Shown in pieces: positions 60,108 to 64,000 of a DNA stretch of 64,000 bases. Origin of the DNA: a virus; IMG/VR virus record IMGVR_UViG_3300025280_000022, one strand, 5' to 3'. The notes under the pieces are model-generated. The model saw only the letters and a list, made by a program, of their open reading frames with translations, searched no databases and was not told the origin of the DNA. Every line of letters begins with the position of its first letter. The first letter of the stretch is position 1. The translations under genes and the position numbers were made by a program.

Positions 60108-61538
60108 ATGGCTTTAATACAATTTAGGCAGGTTGATGGTCTGCAGGAGGCAGTTAACACAGTTAGCGGAAGCGCCCTCGCGGTAGTTCCCGAATTAAAT
60201 CGAGTTTTAAGTGGGGTAGCATACTTTTCGAATAACAAATACTTTAATGGCAATGTAAACATTACAGGAACTCTTTCGAGCCTTCCTACGGGAGGTATCA
60301 ATGCTCTTAATCTTTCGGGTAATTCTTTAGTGGGGAGGAGTTATACTTTATCCTTCGGGGAGGAGGCGGATTTGAGCATTTCTTCTCCCAACACAGGGAG
60401 ATTGCGCTTAAATGCAGCGGCGGGGGCAGGATCGGGGATTTTAGAATTTAACGCGGCAGAACCAATAAGCTGTACCACTCCTGGCCTAGATGCCAGCAAT
60501 CAAGATTTTCCTTTGATCGTGGGGCAGTCAACGGGCGCCTTAGCGGTAAAAACGGCAGCTGGGCTTCCTGTATTGAATTTTTACACGGCTGGGGGGTTGG
60601 ATCATGTGGGCATCGCTAATACAGCACCCGAGTCTCAATTGGATATTAGCGGACTCGCTAGTATAAGGGGTCAACTAGGATTTAATTCTTTGCTGCATCC
60701 TAATGTAATTGACAATGTCGTAATCACTCCCGCGGCGGACGCCACTAATAATTTAGCTAAATTACGTTTATTTCCCACGCAGGCAAGCGTAATAAGTTCG
60801 GCCATGAATTCGGGGATATTTTTACAGGCGCAAGGAAGTGGGGACGCTATGACTGGCACTCTCGGAACCACTTCGAGCTCAGCGGGGGGCATTGAGCTCG
60901 ATTTAGCCGTGGGATTGACTACGGTGGCCTCTTTTAAGCCAGACTATAGCATCGATCTGGGGGGAAGTGGAGCCTATGGGCAAACAGCCACAATTAGGGT
61001 ACAGGGCGATATAATGCCGAGCGGCACGGGTTCGGCGCTAGGCTCTTCGGGAAGTCCCTGGAGGAAGATTTATAGTGATTCGGCTGTGGGCGCCGACTCA
61101 GAGGAGATCACAATTCTACCTACTGATTTTGTAGTGACTTCTTTTAATGCCACGAGCCTTAGTTATGGCAACGTAGTGATTTACGATACCACTGGAACCC
61201 CTACCGCTTTGCAGGTCCCTGATACAGCTAATAATACTTTAGTATGCTTTAAGACGATACCTAAAGGATATAAGGGCACCTCCTTTGGTATATCAGGCCT
61301 TGGGGCCGACCCCGCTTCATTGCCGAGTGTTAACTACCAGACGGGTAAGATTTATAATATGAATGTAGGAGGTAGTCCTGTGGGGGGTATTGCTGGAGAC
61401 ATTAATCAAGCTGTTAATATCACCGCGGGATATCAATTACAGGGAGGGGAGTGGGACGCAACAATGGCTCTCGAGCTTGCTCTTGATAGTTCGGGGGATA
61501 GAATTTACGGCGGTTATATTGGAATAGAGCGTATCTAA
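60108..61538 (+). CDS. tail fibre-like virion protein
   Basis: MALIQFRQV start. VGIANTAPESQLDISG and GDIMP...LGSSGSPWRKIY fibre motifs. Confidence 0.65.
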   Translation: MALIQFRQVDGLQEAVNTVSGSALAVVPELNRVLSGVAYFSNNKYFNGNVNITGTLSSLPTGGINALNLSGNSLVGRSYTLSFGEEADLSISSPNTGRLRLNAAAGAGSGILEFNAAEPISCTTPGLDASNQDFPLIVGQSTGALAVKTAAGLPVLNFYTAGGLDHVGIANTAPESQLDISGLASIRGQLGFNSLLHPNVIDNVVITPAADATNNLAKLRLFPTQASVISSAMNSGIFLQAQGSGDAMTGTLGTTSSSAGGIELDLAVGLTTVASFKPDYSIDLGGSGAYGQTATIRVQGDIMPSGTGSALGSSGSPWRKIYSDSAVGADSEEITILPTDFVVTSFNATSLSYGNVVIYDTTGTPTALQVPDTANNTLVCFKTIPKGYKGTSFGISGLGADPASLPSVNYQTGKIYNMNVGGSPVGGIAGDINQAVNITAGYQLQGGEWDATMALELALDSSGDRIYGGYIGIERI

Positions 61539-61921
61539 AATTCCACATCAATGCCTTTGATTTTCTTATGCCCCCTTTTGTCTTGAGGGTGACGCAGACC
61601 CCGACGACTCTTTGAGAAATCATCAAAGTATTTATTCTGAACGGGGTCGTAGCCGAGTTTTTCTTTTCGCTGACGGCCAAGATCTCTGCTTGCATCTAGT
61701 AGGTCCCCGTAGCTTCCCTTTTTCTGCGCAGTTTTATTTATAAAGTCATTTTTATCAAAGGGATCAATTTCTCCTATAGTAACAGCACTAAGCTGCGTAG
61801 TTGTAAAAATACGATTCCACTCAACTCCGTCATCGTCAACGTATTCATGGATGTCCTCCATGCCTTGGAATATATATTTATATTCTTCTGACTGAGGGTG
61901 CTGATAAAGGTATTCGGGCAT
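61535..61921 (-). CDS. FmdB-like small protein lacking the Cys ligands
   Basis: MPEYLYQHP...Q.M.D.H...W.RIF pattern. Confidence 0.6.
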   Translation of the reverse strand: MPEYLYQHPQSEEYKYIFQGMEDIHEYVDDDGVEWNRIFTTTQLSAVTIGEIDPFDKNDFINKTAQKKGSYGDLLDASRDLGRQRKEKLGYDPVQNKYFDDFSKSRRGLRHPQDKRGHKKIKGIDVEF

Positions 61922-61947
61922 TCTTTTATAATATACACCTCATCAGA

Positions 61948-62292
61948 TTATTCTATAAGTATCTCCTGGGGCTTAGCTGCCGCTACCTTGGGTAGCGATA
62001 CATAAAGAATGCCATTTTTTAGTTTTGCGCCAATTTTTTTAAGATTTACATCTTTAGGTAGGGCAATCGTTTTTGTTCTTTTTTTATTTTTTTCGTCTTC
62101 GGCTGATATTGTAAGATGATTATTTTTAGTAGAGACTTTAATTTGAGAACGGTCAAAGCCTGGGAGTTCCACGCTGAAAACATAGTCATTATCAACCTCC
62201 TCGAGCTCTATCGTTGTGTGATAGGAAGACCAGAGGTTGTCTAGAATATCTTCGAAGGGATTAATACTAAGGAATCGGTTGTATACGGTCAT
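61948..62292 (-). CDS. Hsp20/alpha-crystallin small heat-shock protein
   Basis: ELPGF...IKVS...LTISAE, I.AKLKNGILYVSLPK. Confidence 0.92.
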   Translation of the reverse strand: MTVYNRFLSINPFEDILDNLWSSYHTTIELEEVDNDYVFSVELPGFDRSQIKVSTKNNHLTISAEDEKNKKRTKTIALPKDVNLKKIGAKLKNGILYVSLPKVAAAKPQEILIE

Positions 62293-62334
62293 TATAGATC
62301 TTTCTGTTGATTGTTAATAGTTAATCTTTGTTAA

Positions 62335-62351
62335 AGCAGAAAGCGTGCCAA
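62335..62351 (-). promoter_or_regulatory. sigma54 (-24/-12) promoter for hsp20
   Basis: Minus strand TTGGCACGCTTTCTGCT gives GG-N10-GC. Confidence 0.75.
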
Positions 62352-62356
62352 TACCA

Positions 62357-62381
62357 AAAACCCCGATTTTCTCGGGGTTTT
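62357..62381 (-). terminator. terminator-like hairpin
   Basis: aaaaccccga-ttttc-tcggggtttt. Confidence 0.6.
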
Positions 62382-62522
62382 GGGTTTTTAGGTGAGACTT
62401 TATGTCTCGACCTAAGACTTAATGACTTAACATTAAAGAACCTTGGCTATTACTGGCTTAACTGCTTGAATTCCTGCTTAAAGGAATGAGATTCTGAACT
62501 CCAGCTAATTAGCTCGAAACTG

Positions 62523-63611
62523 CTATAGTGTGTCACATAGGGCCAAGAGGCTATCCACGGTCTTGGCGTAAGTAAAATCCTTTTGAAGCTTAATTCCTTC
62601 GGTGTTGGTTTTTTTACAGAGCCCCTCGGCTTCTTTCATTTTTGCGATAAGGGAGTTTTCATCAAAACAGTAAATGGTTCCCTGGTTGAAGGGAGCTCCC
62701 TCCTGGAAGAAGGTTCCATCATAACAATTTTCTTTACCGCTTGGTTCTACCAAGAGAGAATTTTTATCGGTAGCCCAATCTTGGTGGGAAGTAGCATTTA
62801 AAACGATGCTCCACTTTCCTAGAGCCGTTGCATTAAAGGCGGGTAAATTCCACCCTTCGGCGCCGCTCATTCCGCTTAAATCGATATCTATGGCATTAAT
62901 AAAGTCATTTACTTCGGAGTTAGTAGGGAGATGGGGGAGAAAATTAACATTCCCATAGCGTTTTCCTTCTGTGAGATTATGGAGGATGCCCTCCATTTGT
63001 TGCGGTTGAAAAAAAGGATTTGTAACACAGCATGTGAGCTGATAGTCGAAATTATTACCATATTCTTTAATCCACGTTTGAATTATCTTGGCGGTGTGTT
63101 TGCGCTTTTCGAATTTACCCATTAAGCCAAAATGAATCTTGTTCTTCATATATTCTTTGCCTGTGGGCCCTAAATCAGGGTCAAAGCCAATAGGTATGAA
63201 ATGTGTGTTAGTGGCTCCCCTATTAATAAAGCTATCACGAGCATAAGAACTACTGAAAGCTATACGATCCTGAAGCGATACGAGGTTTTGTTCGATGGGT
63301 GTGGGTTGGTCTAGTTCATAAAAGGTATATAAAATTTTTCGAGGGCTAAAACGAGCTTCGGAACCGTTGATGTGCCACATCTGTAATGTGACTGCATCGT
63401 TTGACACATTATGAAGACGATCATTTATAGAATCCTCCAACCATTTGTGAAAGTCAGGATCTAATTTATCAAAAGCCTGAAGATCTACATTGTTTCCAAT
63501 AGGGAAGAAAGAACATTCTACCCCCTTCTTGTAAAATTCTCGGGCCATATTTAAAGAAACATTACCGAAGCTCAAACTGTTAAGTGGAGCGTTAAATATT
63601 ATTTTTTTCAT
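62523..63611 (-). CDS. GT4 (GT-B) glycosyltransferase
   Basis: GKFEKRK, SGAEGWNLPAFNATALGK. Confidence 0.85.
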   Translation of the reverse strand: MKKIIFNAPLNSLSFGNVSLNMAREFYKKGVECSFFPIGNNVDLQAFDKLDPDFHKWLEDSINDRLHNVSNDAVTLQMWHINGSEARFSPRKILYTFYELDQPTPIEQNLVSLQDRIAFSSSYARDSFINRGATNTHFIPIGFDPDLGPTGKEYMKNKIHFGLMGKFEKRKHTAKIIQTWIKEYGNNFDYQLTCCVTNPFFQPQQMEGILHNLTEGKRYGNVNFLPHLPTNSEVNDFINAIDIDLSGMSGAEGWNLPAFNATALGKWSIVLNATSHQDWATDKNSLLVEPSGKENCYDGTFFQEGAPFNQGTIYCFDENSLIAKMKEAEGLCKKTNTEGIKLQKDFTYAKTVDSLLALCDTL

Positions 63612-63997
63612 TAAAAGGGGATGTCTGCCAATTCCTTCTCTTCTTCTGGCGTAAGCTCGCAGGAGGAGTCTCCTTTATTATCTTCTTGAGATTCCGCTTT
63701 TCCACTTAAAAATTTAACTACCGCCCCCGAGCATGAAGTTTTGTTTTTTTGTTGTCCATCGCGCCCAGTCCATGTGGAGGTACGCAAGCTTCCCTCGACA
63801 AAAACTTTGGCCCCTTTTTTGAGGAATTGGGCGCAGGTATCTGCTAACTTCTCCCACACCGCAACCTCAATAAAAAAGGCGGCGTTTTTCCCATTATTGA
63901 TTGCGATAGAGAAAGTGCAGAGGCTTTTGTCGCCCGTTACTGTGCGATGAACTGGATCGTGGGTAAGGTTGCCAATACCCATAAATTTATTAAGCAT
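63611..63997 (-). CDS. ssb: single-stranded DNA-binding protein
   Basis: NK..GIGNLT.DP, LKKGAKVFVEGSL..TW, C-terminal DIPF. Confidence 0.93.
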   Translation of the reverse strand: MLNKFMGIGNLTHDPVHRTVTGDKSLCTFSIAINNGKNAAFFIEVAVWEKLADTCAQFLKKGAKVFVEGSLRTSTWTGRDGQQKNKTSCSGAVVKFLSGKAESQEDNKGDSSCELTPEEEKELADIPF

Positions 63998-64000
63998 TTC

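Noticed and set aside
62420-62522. Possible folded RNA between the GT4 gene and the hsp20 promoter
   Set aside because: Only short bulged stems in a single copy, with no covariation evidence.

Overview
This window is a segment of a large tailed dsDNA phage. It has a very long tape measure gene and no sheath gene that I can recognise, so it is probably siphovirus-like. The host is inferred to be a Verrucomicrobiota/PVC bacterium, from a Trp-rich Opitutales-type domain, the lack of Shine-Dalgarno sites and a sigma54 promoter. Region 1 (1-11.7 kb) is an early/host-takeover region of about 40 tiny + strand genes in about 10 cassettes with about 15 sigma70-type promoters. The cassettes are separated by a modular repeat built on a 21-bp pseudo-palindrome, AGCCCAG-N7-GCGGGYT, which occurs as 8 pairs spaced exactly 51 bp apart in either orientation. 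This region also holds several candidate structured RNAs: a tRNA body with a 78-nt anticodon loop, tandem minigene+pseudoknot units, a duplicated covarying leader, and hairpins with an invariant UUGGUGGUUCU loop. Region 2 (11.9-53.6 kb, +) carries PhoH, a probable lysis cluster, a phage sigma factor, nucleases, terminase, portal, protease/scaffold, capsid, neck and tail genes, many preceded by a GTGTAW motif. Region 3 (53.6-64 kb, mostly -) carries virion proteins, a possible annealing protein, three glycosyltransferases, Hsp20 under a sigma54-type promoter, and SSB. All calls come from reading motifs by eye; no database search was run.
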